Positions 28,896 to 38,545 of a stretch of 64,000 nucleotides of DNA are shown here, piece by piece. The notes under the pieces were generated by a model. The model was not told the origin of the DNA. It saw only the letters and a list, made by a program, of their open reading frames with translations, and did not search any database. This DNA is from Actinomycetes bacterium. GTDB lineage: Bacteria > Actinomycetota > Acidimicrobiia > IMCC26256. The stretch lies in contig JBJTQX010000099.1 of assembly GCA_046075855.1 (NCBI GenBank), positions 35-64,034 on the forward strand. Direction: 5' to 3'. Position 1 is the stretch's first letter. Each line of letters begins with the position of its first letter. A program made the translations under genes and the position numbers.

Positions 28896-29576
28896 TCAGC
28901 GTCGTCGGGCCCGCAGCACCAGCAGGAGGGCGATGAGGACCGCGCCCCCGATCGCCGCGACGATCCAGACCGTCGAGGACGACTCACGGTCCTCGACGGG
29001 CGCGGTCGTGCTCGGGGCCGGCGCACCCGTGCTCGACGTCGTCGGGCTCGACGTGCTCGAAACGCTCGCCGCCGTCACCTCGATCCTCGGCGCCGGGCGG
29101 TCGGGCTCCGGCGCGCCCGCCGGCCACGGCTCGATCCAACGGTCGACGTCACCGTTCGAGTAGGTCTGCAGTACCGCCAAGCTGATCGTGCCGGTGCGGT
29201 CGGGCAGCCGCAGGGTGAACTTCAGCTCGGGGTCATCGTCCGCAGAACCGGCGGGGCGCTGCCAGGTGATGCCGGGCGCCGGGTCGCCGAGGGTCCCCGG
29301 CCCACCGCCGGGACCACCCTGGGGTGCCCCGGTCCACTCACCGACGTCGGGCACCGCCAGCACGGGGATCAGCTGCCCGTCGGGGAAGAACACCTCGACC
29401 TTCACCGTGCCCGCATCCGATCGCTCGTTCTCGAGCGTCATCGTGAACTCGGTGTCGGAGCCGGCCGGCGCCTGCTCCGGGGCGATCTCCGTGTGCGCGC
29501 CGGCCGGGAGGGCGAGGACGCCCAACGCGAGCGAGGCGCCGGCGAGGGCGAGGGCGAGACGGCGGGTCGGGCGCAC
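28896..29576 (-). CDS. YcnI/DUF1775 copper-binding-like membrane-anchored protein
   Basis: Signal peptide ending AGA-H, ENER, QTYSNGDVDRW, PAP, Ser/Thr linker, C-terminal TM. Confidence 0.8.
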   Translation of the reverse strand: MRPTRRLALALAGASLALGVLALPAGAHTEIAPEQAPAGSDTEFTMTLENERSDAGTVKVEVFFPDGQLIPVLAVPDVGEWTGAPQGGPGGGPGTLGDPAPGITWQRPAGSADDDPELKFTLRLPDRTGTISLAVLQTYSNGDVDRWIEPWPAGAPEPDRPAPRIEVTAASVSSTSSPTTSSTGAPAPSTTAPVEDRESSSTVWIVAAIGGAVLIALLLVLRARRR

Positions 29577-29691
29577 GGGTTCCTCCGGGTCGGGTGCGGT
29601 GCGCCCGGATCATGGCACCCCCGCTGAGATGATCCGCGGCACCCCTCTAGGCTCCCGCCGTCCACCTTCACGCCGACGGGAGGGCGAGGCC

Positions 29692-30786
29692 ATGACGACA
29701 GCGGATGCGGGGGCGGCGGCCCTCGCCACGGCTTGGGACCACCTGCTCGACGCGTTGCGGGCCTCGGGCGAAGCGGTCACCGGCCCGCGGGGCGCGGCCG
29801 ACCCCGTCGACCTCGCCGAGGGGTACCGGTTCGTGACCCGGTTGCTCGCGGCCTCGCTCGACATGACGCTGGAGAACTCGGACCCCGTGCGCCCCGGGTT
29901 CACGCGGCTCATGACCGACACGCGCAAGTTCTTCGGCGACAACCCGGACACGAACTACGACTACGCCCCGCTCAAGGGCGCGATCCGGTACGTGGTGGAG
30001 GGCACCCGCGGCTCCTGCCACTACCTCTCCTTCTGCGTGTACGGCCGCGACGCCTCGGGCGCGAACCGCATCGTCGGGAGCGCGAGCGACGAGGAGCTCA
30101 CCCTCGACGCCGACGGGCGGTTCCGGCTCGTGATCGCGGTCGACGAACCCGATCCGACGCTCGGCGGGGACTGGTTGCCCTCCGACCCGGCCGCCAACTC
30201 GCTCGTCGTGCGGCAGTACTTCCTCGATCGGGGCGACGAGGTGGAGGCGACCTACTCCATCCGCCCGCTCGACGACCCCGGTCCGCCCAAGCCGCTCTCG
30301 CCCGAGCGCACGGCCCGGCGCATCGAGGAGGTCGCAGCGTTCACGCGCATCGGCACGGAGCTGTCCGCCGACTTCGCGGCGATGCTCGCCGACGCATCGC
30401 CGAACACCTTCTCCGTGAGCAGCGCCGACAACGCGGCCGCGTTCTACCCGACCCCCGACAACGTCTACGTCGCGGGCTGGTACCGGCTGGGCCCCGACGA
30501 GGCACTGGAGATCACGGGCCTCCCGCCCGCTGGTCGCTACTGGTCGGTGCTGCTCATGAGCCGGTGGATGGAGTCGCTCGACTACCGCCACCACCGGGTC
30601 TCCATCAACCAGCACGATGCGGTGCTCGAGTCCGACGGTTCGTTCCGCATCCTCGTCGCCGGGCGGGATCCCGGTGTCGCGAACTGGCTCGACACCGCGG
30701 GGCACACCGAGGGGTACGTGATGTTCCGGTGGCTGCGGGCTGCGACCGAGGTGCGCCCGGACTGCCGGGTCGTCGCACTCACCTGA
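29692..30786 (+). CDS. DUF1214 domain protein
   Basis: AEGYRF, DNPDTNY, RQYF, YWS, WMESLDY, DPGVANWLDTAGH. Confidence 0.8.
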   Translation: MTTADAGAAALATAWDHLLDALRASGEAVTGPRGAADPVDLAEGYRFVTRLLAASLDMTLENSDPVRPGFTRLMTDTRKFFGDNPDTNYDYAPLKGAIRYVVEGTRGSCHYLSFCVYGRDASGANRIVGSASDEELTLDADGRFRLVIAVDEPDPTLGGDWLPSDPAANSLVVRQYFLDRGDEVEATYSIRPLDDPGPPKPLSPERTARRIEEVAAFTRIGTELSADFAAMLADASPNTFSVSSADNAAAFYPTPDNVYVAGWYRLGPDEALEITGLPPAGRYWSVLLMSRWMESLDYRHHRVSINQHDAVLESDGSFRILVAGRDPGVANWLDTAGHTEGYVMFRWLRAATEVRPDCRVVALT

Positions 30787-31175
30787 TGGGTCTCGACCCG
30801 CAGTCCCTCGGAGCCGCCGAGCTCGGCTTCCTCGCCGAACGCCACCTCGCCACGCTCACCACGGTCGACCCGGATGGCCGCCTCCACGCGTGCGCGGTCG
30901 GCTTCACCTTCGACCCGGACACCGCGACCGCCCGGGTCATCACGGGCCGGAACTCCCGCAAGGTCCGTAACGTGGTCGCGGGCTCACGTTGTGTGGTCGC
31001 TCAGGTCGACGGGCCGCGGTGGCTCTCCCTCGAGGGCCCGGCGGTGCTGGCCGTCGACGCGGCCGCAGTGGCCGAGGGCGAACGACGGTACGCCGGGCGG
31101 TACCGGGACCCTCGCCCCAACCCGGACCGAGCGGTGATCGTGATCACGGTCGAGCGGATCCTCGGGCGGGCCTGA
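30786..31175 (+). CDS. PPOX-class (F420/FMN split-barrel) oxidoreductase
   Basis: ERHLATLTT..DG..H, SRKVRN, QVDGPRWLSLEG; TGATG coupling. Confidence 0.85.
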   Translation: MGLDPQSLGAAELGFLAERHLATLTTVDPDGRLHACAVGFTFDPDTATARVITGRNSRKVRNVVAGSRCVVAQVDGPRWLSLEGPAVLAVDAAAVAEGERRYAGRYRDPRPNPDRAVIVITVERILGRA

Positions 31176-31259
31176 GCCCCCATCACGTTCGGTAACCTTG
31201 CGGCCCGCTGCGCGCGCGGACCCCGGGCTCGCAGCACACGACCGATCGAGAGGAACCCG

Positions 31260-32901
31260 ATGCTGCGCCGCTCCCGGGCCGTCACCACCGTCGCGATCTG
31301 CCTCGCCGGCCTGCTGGCCGCGTGCTCGGGCGGGTCGCCGCAGGCCGAGCGGGATTCTCGCGGCGAGAGCCCGGAGCGGCGTGCCGCCGAGGGCGAGCGG
31401 GAGGAGGGCGAGCGCGAGGAGGGCGAGTTCGAGGCCCGGGTCGCACCGCCCCGCCCCACGCAGCGGGCCCACGGACGCGGTCCGCGGGCCATCGACTTCT
31501 CGGGCGACGTCCGGTCGATCCGCTCGAAGCGCCCGGCCAAGACGCTCCGGCCCGAGGCGCAGGTACCGAACGCGACGCCGCGCGGCGGCAACGCCCCCGA
31601 TCCCCTCGCCCCGGCCACCGGCGGCGGCGCGGGCGGCGGCACCTCGGCGCCCGCCCCGGCGCCCACCGCATCGTTCGACGGGCTGGACTTCACCGCGTGG
31701 GGTTCGGGCTGGCCGCCGGACACCACCGGCGACGTCGGGCCGAACCACTACATCCAGGGAGTCAACGGCTCCATCGGCATCTGGAACAAGTCGACCCGGA
31801 CGCGCCTCGCCGCCTTCACCCTCGACGCGTTCTTCACGACGGCCGGCGCGCAGACCGAGTGCTCGTCGAACAACCAGGGCGACCCGACCGTCGTGTACGA
31901 CTCGGTCTCCGGGCGCTGGATCCTCGCGGACTTCGCGTGGTCCAACCTCGCCGGCCCCTACTACGAGTGCATGGCGGTCTCGAAGACGGCCGACCCGGTT
32001 GCCGGCGGATGGTGGGTGTACCAGTTCCCGGTCAGCGCCACCGACATGAACGACTACCCGAAGATGGCGGTCTGGGGTGACGGCATCTACCTCACCGCCA
32101 ACATGTTCCGGGGTGGGAGCACGTTCACCGGGGCGAAGGTCTGGGCCCTCAACCGTGATGACCTCACGACCGGCGCCGCGCTGCGCTACGTCTCGTTCCA
32201 GCTGTCGTCCTCGTACTACAGCCTCCTCGCCGCGAACGCCCGTGCATCCGCAGTCCCGGCGGGGACCCCGGAGTACCTCGTGTCGCTCGCAGGCTCGTCG
32301 CTGCGGGTCTGGCGGGTGAGCCTCAACTGGACCACCCCCACGGCATCCACGCTCACCGGCCCGACCACGATCGCGATCACCTCGTACACCCGGCCGAACT
32401 CCGTCAACCAACCGGCCGGGGACAAGCTCGACGCGCTGGCCGACCGCCTCTTGAACCGCGTGCAGTACACCGCGACCGGCACCCCATCGCTGTGGCTCAC
32501 CCACACCGTGTCGAGCAATTCCAAGGCTGCGATGCGCTGGTACCAACTGAACGTCAGCACCGCGACCCCGAGCGTTCGGCAGCGCGGCACCTACCAGCCC
32601 ACGACCGGCGTGCACCGCTGGATGGGCTCCATCGCAGTCGACAAGGTCGGCAACGCCGCCCTCGCGTACAACGTCTCGGGAACATCCACCTACCCGGGCA
32701 TCCGGTACGCCGGCCGAGCAGACGCTGGTGAACGGCACGGGCGCGCAGGTCAACGGGTACAACCGTTGGGGCGACTACTCGGATCTCGCACTCGACCCGA
32801 CCGACGGCTGCACCTTCTGGTTCACCGGCGAGTACTTCTCCATCACGGGCAGCGCGTGGCGCACCCGCATCGGCTCGTTCAAGCTCCCCACCTGCGTCTG
32901 A
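31260..32901 (+). pseudogene. Secreted lipoprotein (beta-rich), frameshifted near 32712
   Basis: LAAC lipobox, PPDTTGDVGPNHY, GDP..YD, DYPK; conserved-looking tail RWGDYS..DPTDGCTFWFTGEY..WRTRIGSF lies in the +1 frame and ends at TGA 32899-32901. Confidence 0.7.
31389..31427 (+). repeat. 15-nt tandem repeat x2.6 encoding EGERE
   Basis: gagggcgagcgggag gagggcgagcgcgag gagggcgag. Confidence 0.8.
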
Positions 32902-32920
32902 TCGTCGAGCGGGTGTTCGC

Positions 32921-33568
32921 TCAGGCGAACACCGACGGGTCGATCGTGATGTAGGTCGCCTCGCAGGAGGAGATGAGGGTCTCGCCGTGGTGGCAGTCCG
33001 CGGTGATGAACAGCCGTCGGTCCTCGCGACCCACGAGGCGCGCCCGGAAGGTGAGCGGCACCTCCATCGGCGTGGGCTTGTGGTACCGCACGGTCAACGT
33101 GCCGGTGAACGCCGCGGTCTGGGCGATGCGCAGCACGTAGCCGGTGATGTCGTCGAAGATCGCCGCCACCATCCCGCCGTGGGCCCGGCCCGGACCGCCC
33201 TCGTACGCCGGCAGCAGGGTGGCGACCCCGACCACCTCGTCGTCGACGAACTCGACCTCGACGTGCACGCCCATCGGGTTGGCCGGTCCGCCGATGGCCC
33301 GATCGGCCATGACGTCGAAGGCCGCGTGGCCCGCCTCGGCCTCCCCGGCCTCCTCGTCCATGCCGAACATGCGCGCCACGTGGGCGGTGAGCATGGCGGC
33401 CCGGTCACGCCGGGGTGCCGGTTCGAGGTCGGTCGCGAGCTCGTCGGCCGCCGCGGTGAGCCGCCGCAGGGTCGCCACGTCGAGGTCGCGGGACACCATC
33501 GCGTGGCTGAGCCGGCGCAGCGCCGTGGCCGCCTCACACCGGGCGTCGTGGAGGGTCGGTTCGGTCAT
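32921..33568 (-). CDS. PaaI-family thioesterase
   Basis: GPANP, YEGGPGRAHGG..FDD, TGTLTVRY. Confidence 0.88.
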   Translation of the reverse strand: MTEPTLHDARCEAATALRRLSHAMVSRDLDVATLRRLTAAADELATDLEPAPRRDRAAMLTAHVARMFGMDEEAGEAEAGHAAFDVMADRAIGGPANPMGVHVEVEFVDDEVVGVATLLPAYEGGPGRAHGGMVAAIFDDITGYVLRIAQTAAFTGTLTVRYHKPTPMEVPLTFRARLVGREDRRLFITADCHHGETLISSCEATYITIDPSVFA

Positions 33569-33662
33569 GGCGGCGATCCAACCATCGCCACGCACCGACG
33601 CGCCAACCCCGCTCCGCACGACCGCGGCGCCTAGCCTCGGCGGACCCGTCGAGGAGGACCCC

Positions 33663-34184
33663 ATGCGCCGCACCGTCACGACCGCCTTCGTCACCGCGCC
33701 GCTCGCCATCGCGCTCGTTGCGGGCTCCGGCGTTCCCGCCGCCTCGGCGGCCACCGTCACCCCGCGCACGGTGCGGGTGGCCGCCGCCCTGACCTCCCAG
33801 CAGCGGATCCTGCACAACGTCGCGCCGAAGGACCGGCGCACCTACGGCCTCAACCTGCTCGTCGGCACCGACGCCTCGGGCGCCTCCCCGGTGCAGGTCG
33901 AGATGATCGGCAACGTCGTCTACACCGAGGGCAACGGTCCGTTCTTCGGGACCATCACCTTCACCGCCGCCGACGGATCGACCCTCGGCGTGCGCATGGA
34001 CGGCCGGGCTCGAGCACTGCCGAACGGCACCGACGCCTCGTTCCGCGCCGGCCTCACCGTCATCGGCGGCACCGGGCAGTGGCTGCGAGCCCGCGGCGCC
34101 GGACGGTTCACCGGTTCCCGCAAGGCCGCACTCGGCTCCACCGTGCAGGCGAAGTTCGTGATCAGGCTCCGCAAGGCGGGTTGA
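33663..34184 (+). CDS. Secreted hypothetical beta-barrel protein (dirigent/AOC-like motif)
   Basis: GAGGAGG RBS, signal peptide, VIGGTGQW..ARGAG motif. Confidence 0.65.
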   Translation: MRRTVTTAFVTAPLAIALVAGSGVPAASAATVTPRTVRVAAALTSQQRILHNVAPKDRRTYGLNLLVGTDASGASPVQVEMIGNVVYTEGNGPFFGTITFTAADGSTLGVRMDGRARALPNGTDASFRAGLTVIGGTGQWLRARGAGRFTGSRKAALGSTVQAKFVIRLRKAG

Positions 34185-34190
34185 TCCGGA

Positions 34191-35498
34191 TCACCGGAAC
34201 GCCTGGAGGAGCGTGACCTCCTTCGAGAAGATCGGCTTGGCGCCCGCAACGCCCTCGGCCACCGGCCAGGCCGGCGCCGCGTAGATGGCGATGCGCGCGG
34301 CCTGCGCGCAGTCCCCGCTCTGGAGGCACTCGAGGCGACCTGACAGACCCTCGTAGCCGTCGGTCCGGTAGAGCTGCCGCAGCAGGTCGGTGCGGCTGAT
34401 CGAGAGGGAACCGTCGGCCCCGAGCACGGCCGTGCGCCGGAGCGCGTCGAAGACGAGGCTCGCCGCGTCGAACGCGTGCGCGTGCCAGGAGCCGGTCGGC
34501 GAGGTGCCGTAGAGCGTCTCGTACGCCGGGAGGAACTGGCCCGTGTAGAACGCGTCCTGCCCGAGGGCCGAGAAGTTCGGCCCCGACGCGTAGACGCCGT
34601 AGGCGAGGTCACCGAGGTCCTTGAGTACGGTCGAGGTGAGGCAACCGTCCGCGGTGACGATGCGGGGCGCGGACAGCCGGGGTTCGGCGCGCACGGCACG
34701 CAGGACCGCGCTGCACGGAGCCCCGCTCTCGGGCACGAAGATCACGTTCGGCGGGTTCGCCGCGAGCGGGGCGACGATCGCCGCGGTCACCGCCGGATCC
34801 CCGGCGGCATCGGGCAGCAGGAGCTGCGCCTGCACGGTGCCACCGGCATCCGAGAAGCGCTCGGCGAAGACCGAGTCCAACGCCTTCGGGTAGGGCCGGG
34901 CATCGGCGATGGTCACCGCCGTCTCAGCCTTGAGGTTCTGACGGGCGAAGTCCGCATCGACGAGGCCCTGGATACGGTCGTTCGGGGCGGTGCGCAGGTA
35001 CTGACGCACGTGTTGCTCGGGTTCGGTGAGCACCGGGGCCGTGTTCGATGGGGAGATGAGCGGCACGTTCGCGGCACCGAACACCGCGTCGGCTGCGTCG
35101 AGCGCCGAACCCGAGCAGGTCGTACCGACCACCGCGAGCAGGTTCGGTCGGGTGAGCAGGCGCTGGGCCCCGGCTCGTCCGCCCTCGGCCGAGCATCCAT
35201 CGTCCTCGGACACGAGTGTGACCCGGTGTCCGAGGATGGTCCCGTCGACGCCGTCGAACTCTCCATCGAGGTAGTCGATCGCAAGTTCGACCCCGCGCTC
35301 CGAGTCGATGCCCGTCTCGGTCTCCTGCGTCCGGATCCACAGCAGCGACCCGATCTCGATGTCCTGGCCCCTGCGGATCACGAGGCAGTCAGGACCGGAG
35401 CACGCCTCCCGTTGCCGGACGGCCACGCTCGAGGACTCACACGCAGCCGCGCCGAGCGCCCCGGACAGCACGAGGGCGATCGCCGCGATCCGACGCAT
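34191..35498 (-). CDS. Branched-chain amino acid-type (LivK) substrate-binding lipoprotein
   Basis: AAAC lipobox, EDDGCS, GTTCS, ISPSNT, RTAPND, GLSG. Confidence 0.85.
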   Translation of the reverse strand: MRRIAAIALVLSGALGAAACESSSVAVRQREACSGPDCLVIRRGQDIEIGSLLWIRTQETETGIDSERGVELAIDYLDGEFDGVDGTILGHRVTLVSEDDGCSAEGGRAGAQRLLTRPNLLAVVGTTCSGSALDAADAVFGAANVPLISPSNTAPVLTEPEQHVRQYLRTAPNDRIQGLVDADFARQNLKAETAVTIADARPYPKALDSVFAERFSDAGGTVQAQLLLPDAAGDPAVTAAIVAPLAANPPNVIFVPESGAPCSAVLRAVRAEPRLSAPRIVTADGCLTSTVLKDLGDLAYGVYASGPNFSALGQDAFYTGQFLPAYETLYGTSPTGSWHAHAFDAASLVFDALRRTAVLGADGSLSISRTDLLRQLYRTDGYEGLSGRLECLQSGDCAQAARIAIYAAPAWPVAEGVAGAKPIFSKEVTLLQAFR

Positions 35499-36304
35499 CA
35501 GCTTCCGATCCACGGCAGGTAACGACCCTGCTGCAGTTCGATCCGTAGGGTCTCGAGCGGCGCGCGCGACACCACGAACCCCCCGCGGAACGGCGCGCTC
35601 AACGCGATGATGAGCGCGAGGTCGAGCGCCACGATGACCACGATCGTCGCTGCGACGAGTGCGGCGTACCGCCCCTCGCCGAGGCTGACCATCACCGCGT
35701 TGATGACGAGTGCGAGACCCGCGGCCACGCTGAGGATGAACATGAGCCCCGGGAGGGTCAGCGTGCCGATCGCCAGACGCTCCTTGCGGCGGGCGATGAG
35801 GTCGTCCACCGATTGGCGCAACTCCCACTCGGTCGAGGCGGGCGCGTACGACCGGGCGGTCAGGCGGTACGCGTCGCCCTGGAGATCCCGCATGGTCTCG
35901 AAGGTGGAGCCGGCCGGCAGCCGGCCCGCGGCCAGCGCCGACCAGTCCTCACGCTCGATGCTGTCGAGGTAGAGCGCCTCCCGGGCCTGGATCTGCGATA
36001 CGTCGACGGCCGGGAGCGGTCGGGTCGAGTACGCGAGGTTCGTCCCCGCCGACGCCTCCTGCGCGATCGAGGTCTGCGCCTGCCGGTAGATCGAGTACTC
36101 GGAGCTGATGAGGAACCCGGTGAGGATGGCGAAGAGCGTGCCGAGTTCGGTGATGTAGACGGTCGCGGTCCGGGCCATCCCCTGCCGTCGCCCCTCCGAG
36201 ATCCGAGTGACCATGAGGTGGTGGGCGACCGCCGCGACCGTCGCCATGACGATGAGCGTGACGAGGAAGACGGCCCAGGTCGGCTGGGAGGTGAGCCAGA
36301 GCAC
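35498..36304 (-). CDS. DUF4239 membrane protein
   Basis: GTLFAILTGF, EA, EDW, RKERL..LP, LSAPFRG; TGATG coupling to the SBP. Confidence 0.7.
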   Translation of the reverse strand: MLWLTSQPTWAVFLVTLIVMATVAAVAHHLMVTRISEGRRQGMARTATVYITELGTLFAILTGFLISSEYSIYRQAQTSIAQEASAGTNLAYSTRPLPAVDVSQIQAREALYLDSIEREDWSALAAGRLPAGSTFETMRDLQGDAYRLTARSYAPASTEWELRQSVDDLIARRKERLAIGTLTLPGLMFILSVAAGLALVINAVMVSLGEGRYAALVAATIVVIVALDLALIIALSAPFRGGFVVSRAPLETLRIELQQGRYLPWIGS

Positions 36305-36357
36305 GCCCGAACGGTAGCCGCGCGGCTCGTGGCCGCGGACCCGGACGCCGTCCGGCG

Positions 36358-37164
36358 TCAGAGCGCGATGAGGTGGCCGGCGATCTGCCCACCGTCGGCG
36401 AGGAACTCCGCGCCGGTCGAGTACGACGAGTCGTCGGAGGCGAGGAAGCACGCGAGCCGGGCGATCTCGATGGGACGCCCCATGCGGGCGATGGGTTGCG
36501 ACGCACAGGTCTCGTCGGCCGCCGCCAGCACCGGGTCCTCCGATCGTTCACCGGGTCCCGGGGGCTCGAGCAGCGCGGGCTCGCCCGTCACCCCGACCAT
36601 CGGGGTCGCGACCCCGCCCGGGTGGATGGAGTTCACCCGGACCCCGCGCGGACCCAGCTCGAGCGCAGCGCTCTTCGTGAGCCCGCGCAGTCCCCACTTC
36701 GCCGCGACGTAGGCCCCCACGTTCGAGAACCCCGTCATCCCTGCGGTCGACGACACGTTCACGATCGAGCCGCGGCCGGCGTCGGCCATTGCGCCACCGA
36801 CGACCTTCATGCCCAGGAACGGACCGACGAGATCCACCTCGAGCACCCGGCGCAGGTCCTCCACCGCCGTCGAGACCATCGGCTCCATGTGGAGGATGCC
36901 CGCGTTGTTCACGAGCACGTCGGGGGTGCCGAAGGCCGTTGCGGCGGCACTGAGCGCGAGGTTCCACGACCCCTCGTCGGCCACGTCGAGGTGCACTCCG
37001 AGCGCACGGTCCCCGATCGATGCCACAACCTCCTCGCGCTCGGCGTCGAGTACATCGCCGAGGCACACCGACGCCCCCTCCAGCACGAAGAGCCGGGCGA
37101 TCGCCTCGCCCATGCCCCGTGCTGCGCCCGTCACGATCGCCACGCGTCCCTCGAGCCGACCCAT
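36358..37164 (-). CDS. SDR oxidoreductase (3-alpha,20-beta-HSD-like)
   Basis: TGAARGMG, NNAG, YVAAKW, NSIHPG. Confidence 0.9.
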   Translation of the reverse strand: MGRLEGRVAIVTGAARGMGEAIARLFVLEGASVCLGDVLDAEREEVVASIGDRALGVHLDVADEGSWNLALSAAATAFGTPDVLVNNAGILHMEPMVSTAVEDLRRVLEVDLVGPFLGMKVVGGAMADAGRGSIVNVSSTAGMTGFSNVGAYVAAKWGLRGLTKSAALELGPRGVRVNSIHPGGVATPMVGVTGEPALLEPPGPGERSEDPVLAAADETCASQPIARMGRPIEIARLACFLASDDSSYSTGAEFLADGGQIAGHLIAL

Positions 37165-37301
37165 CGATGCACCTCCACGCCGCGTCGTTCGCGTCTGCGG
37201 CTCACGGTACGCGACGGCGAGGGCCGGCGGCACGGACACCGCAGCGCGATTGCTCCCGTGTGACCCCTGACGTCCGGGACGTCCCCGTAGGATCCACGCC
37301 G

Positions 37302-38504
37302 ATGGACCACCGCATCCGCGTCATCCTCATCGGTATCGGCGTGGTGGCGCTCGCCCTCGCAGCCGGCGCGGTGGTCGGCGGCCGGGGCTCGAGCACCGGT
37401 GGCGCCGCGCCCACCACCGCGACGCGCGGGACCGAAGCACCGAGCCCCACGAGCACGACCGCGCCACCCCGCACCACGTCGACGACCCGCAGCACGGTGC
37501 CCTCAGAGGCTCGGCGTCTCGCCCCGGTGCGCACGATCACCGGGCAGCTCTCACCGAAGTCCGTCGTCGCGAACGGCCACGGACTCGTCTCCGCGCAGAA
37601 CATGATGTACCAGCACTCCGTCACGGTCTACGACGCCGACGGGGAGCTCGTGCGCACCATCCCGGACTCGGTCGACCTGACCGCGTTCGGAGTGGCCGGC
37701 CACCCCGGGGTCTCCAAGGGCGCGCCGGTCGAAGCCGCGTACACCCCGAACGGTCGCACCGGGTACGTGTCCAACTACTCGATGTACGGGGCGGGCTTCG
37801 GCCCCGAGGGGTCCGACGAGTGCCGAGCCGGTGACGGCACCTCCGAGTCGTTCCTCTACCGGCTCGACATGCGTCGCCTCGCCATCGACGGCGTGGCGGC
37901 GGTCGGCGCCGTGCCGAAGTACGTCGCCGTCACCCCCAATGCCCGAACCGTGCTCGTGACCAACTGGTGCTCCTACGCGCTCAGCGTCGTGGATCCGGCG
38001 GCGATGCGGGAGGTCCGGCGCATTCCACTCGGCGCGTACCCGCGCGGCATCGCGGTGTCCCCCGACTCGCGCCGGGCCTACGTCGCCATCATGGGTGGGC
38101 GGGACGTCGCCGTGGTCGACCTCACGAACCTCACCACCTCCTGGATCCGCAACATCGGTGGCGGCCCCCGTCACCTCGTGATCTCCCCCGACGGCCGGTA
38201 CCTCTACGCGACGCTGAACAAGGACGGGCAGGTGGTGAAGGTCGACACCACCTCCGGTGCCGTGGTGGGTCGGGTCGCGACCGGTAACCAGCCGCGCAGC
38301 ATGGCCATCTCCCCCGACGGCACGGCCCTCTACGTCGTGAACTACGAGTCGAACGACGTGGCCAAGGTCCGCACGAGCGACCTCGCCGTCCTCCAGCGGA
38401 TCCCCACGGGGGTCCACCCGATCGGGATCACCTACGAACCCACCCGCGACCGCGTCTGGGTCGCGGTGTACACGGGCGCCATCGTCGTGCTCGCCGACAC
38501 CTGA
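37302..38504 (+). CDS. YncE/YVTN-type beta-propeller protein, membrane anchored
   Basis: N-terminal TM, Thr-rich linker, repeated PRGIAVSPD/PRHLVISPDG/PRSMAISPDG. Confidence 0.85.
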   Translation: MDHRIRVILIGIGVVALALAAGAVVGGRGSSTGGAAPTTATRGTEAPSPTSTTAPPRTTSTTRSTVPSEARRLAPVRTITGQLSPKSVVANGHGLVSAQNMMYQHSVTVYDADGELVRTIPDSVDLTAFGVAGHPGVSKGAPVEAAYTPNGRTGYVSNYSMYGAGFGPEGSDECRAGDGTSESFLYRLDMRRLAIDGVAAVGAVPKYVAVTPNARTVLVTNWCSYALSVVDPAAMREVRRIPLGAYPRGIAVSPDSRRAYVAIMGGRDVAVVDLTNLTTSWIRNIGGGPRHLVISPDGRYLYATLNKDGQVVKVDTTSGAVVGRVATGNQPRSMAISPDGTALYVVNYESNDVAKVRTSDLAVLQRIPTGVHPIGITYEPTRDRVWVAVYTGAIVVLADT

Positions 38505-38545
38505 GCCGCCCCGAACCGGCGCCGCGGCGGTCGTACACTCGATCG

